Shown here one piece after another: positions 62,990 to 64,000 of a stretch of DNA of 64,000 bases. The DNA is from Nitrospirota bacterium (GTDB lineage Bacteria; Nitrospirota; Thermodesulfovibrionia; UBA6902). The stretch spans positions 11,944 to 75,943 of the forward strand of contig JACQZE010000027.1 in the NCBI GenBank assembly GCA_016207885.1. Direction: 5' to 3'. The notes beneath the pieces are model-generated. The model saw only the letters and a program-made list of their open reading frames with translations. It did not search any database and had not been told where the DNA came from. Each line of letters starts with the position of its first letter. Position 1 is the first letter of the stretch. The translations under genes and the position numbers were made by a program.

Positions 62990-63781
62990 ATGAGCACTAA
63001 AAAAAAATCTTCTGAAGAAGAGCTTAAGAAGGCTCATGATGCATTAAATATTCTTGCACAGGAACTCGAAGCCAAAGTGTCGTATCTGAGCAAGATGGAT
63101 AAAATTAAATCTGATTTTATTGCAAATGTATCCCATGAGATCAAGACACCCCTGACATCAATACTTGGGTTTGTCGAAACCCTGCAGAACGGAGCTCTTA
63201 AAGACCCTGAAAAAGCCGATAGGTTTCTTTCTATCATCAAGAAGAACGCGGAGAGCTTATCTAACCTTACCAATGATCTCCTTAACCTTTCCGAACTGGA
63301 ACTCGGAACCAAGAAGATCGAGAAGAGCGAATTTGACTTGAAAGAACTTGCTGCTGAGGTTATAGCAGGCTTTACTGTGGCTTTTTCTGAGAAAGGAGGC
63401 ACCATAGAGCTTCATACAAAGGGGGAAGACTTCAGGATAAATGCTGACAGGTTCAAAATCAAGGTGGTTTTGCAGAACCTGCTGGATAATTCTATTAAGT
63501 ATGGCAAGAAAAATGGAACAGCCATACTCTTCCTTATTGAAAAAGAAAAAGAGATCATTATTGATATTGAGGATGACGGGATCGGCATATCGGAGGAATG
63601 TCTCTGGAGAGTTTTTGAGAGATTTTATATGGCTGATAAATCACGTTCCAGAAAAATCGGAGGCACCGGGCTCGGGCTGTCTATAGTCAAACAGATAGTT
63701 CTGCTGCACGGCGGTTATATAAGCATCAAGAGCAGGCTGAATGAAGACACAAAGATCGTTGTCTCACTTCCCAGGTCATAA
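62990..63781 (+). CDS. PhoR-like histidine kinase core without sensor or TM domain
   Basis: NVSHEIKTPLT, NLLDNSIKY, FERFY, GTGLGLSIVK. Confidence 0.88.
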   Translation: MSTKKKSSEEELKKAHDALNILAQELEAKVSYLSKMDKIKSDFIANVSHEIKTPLTSILGFVETLQNGALKDPEKADRFLSIIKKNAESLSNLTNDLLNLSELELGTKKIEKSEFDLKELAAEVIAGFTVAFSEKGGTIELHTKGEDFRINADRFKIKVVLQNLLDNSIKYGKKNGTAILFLIEKEKEIIIDIEDDGIGISEECLWRVFERFYMADKSRSRKIGGTGLGLSIVKQIVLLHGGYISIKSRLNEDTKIVVSLPRS

Positions 63782-63808
63782 ACTGTATCCGTCCTTCTTA
63801 ATTCAAAC

Positions 63809-64000
63809 ATGAATAGAAAGATAAAAAGAAAAAGCAGTTTTCATGTATATATCGTCACGTGTAAAAATGGCACTTATTATACCGGCTACACAAATAATTT
63901 GGAAAACCGGATCAAATTACATAACAAAGGTGACGGAGCAAAATATTTAAAAGGCAAATCACCTGTTACATTGGTTTATTCAAAAGAATATGTATATTTT
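63809..64000 (+). CDS. GIY-YIG nuclease family protein (3' truncated)
   Basis: MNRKIKRKSSFHVYIVTCKNGTYYTGYTNNLENRIKLHNKGDGAKY. Confidence 0.85.
   Translation, partial: MNRKIKRKSSFHVYIVTCKNGTYYTGYTNNLENRIKLHNKGDGAKYLKGKSPVTLVYSKEYVYF

Overview
Bacterial chromosomal window, probably from an anaerobe with Geobacter-like extracellular electron transfer genes (Nitrospirota/Desulfobacterota-like; an inference from gene content only). Bases 1-33,900 form one co-oriented locus. It encodes giant secreted repeat proteins, a 1761-aa multiheme cytochrome (about 38 heme motifs), beta-helix/Ig-like accessory proteins, a ResB-like protein, Cys-bearing transporters including a selenium-type YedE, a cupin, a PqqD/RRE protein, a radical SAM-SPASM enzyme, a degenerate SPASM protein (GeoRSP-type set) and a TlpA. 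The key observation is two unannotated paralogous 20-aa ORFs with strong RBSs inside this locus (MKKIKYIAPKIVGSAVVHPC and MKKIKYVPPGIVGSAAVHPC). They carry a YxxPxI RRE-type leader and are candidate RiPP precursors for the maturases. The rest is mostly housekeeping (gcvH, lpdA, kdsA/D/C, pgsA, plsY, queC). It also holds a PAS/GAF kinase with a sigma54 activator followed by a sigma54 promoter upstream of an extra RpoD-like sigma factor, an ABC exporter, a TA pair with a nonsense-disrupted PIN toxin, REP-like palindromes, a sugar kinase-nucleotidyltransferase fusion, a second YeeE/YedE pair and a PhoB/PhoR-like pair. Family assignments are by motif recognition, not database searches.
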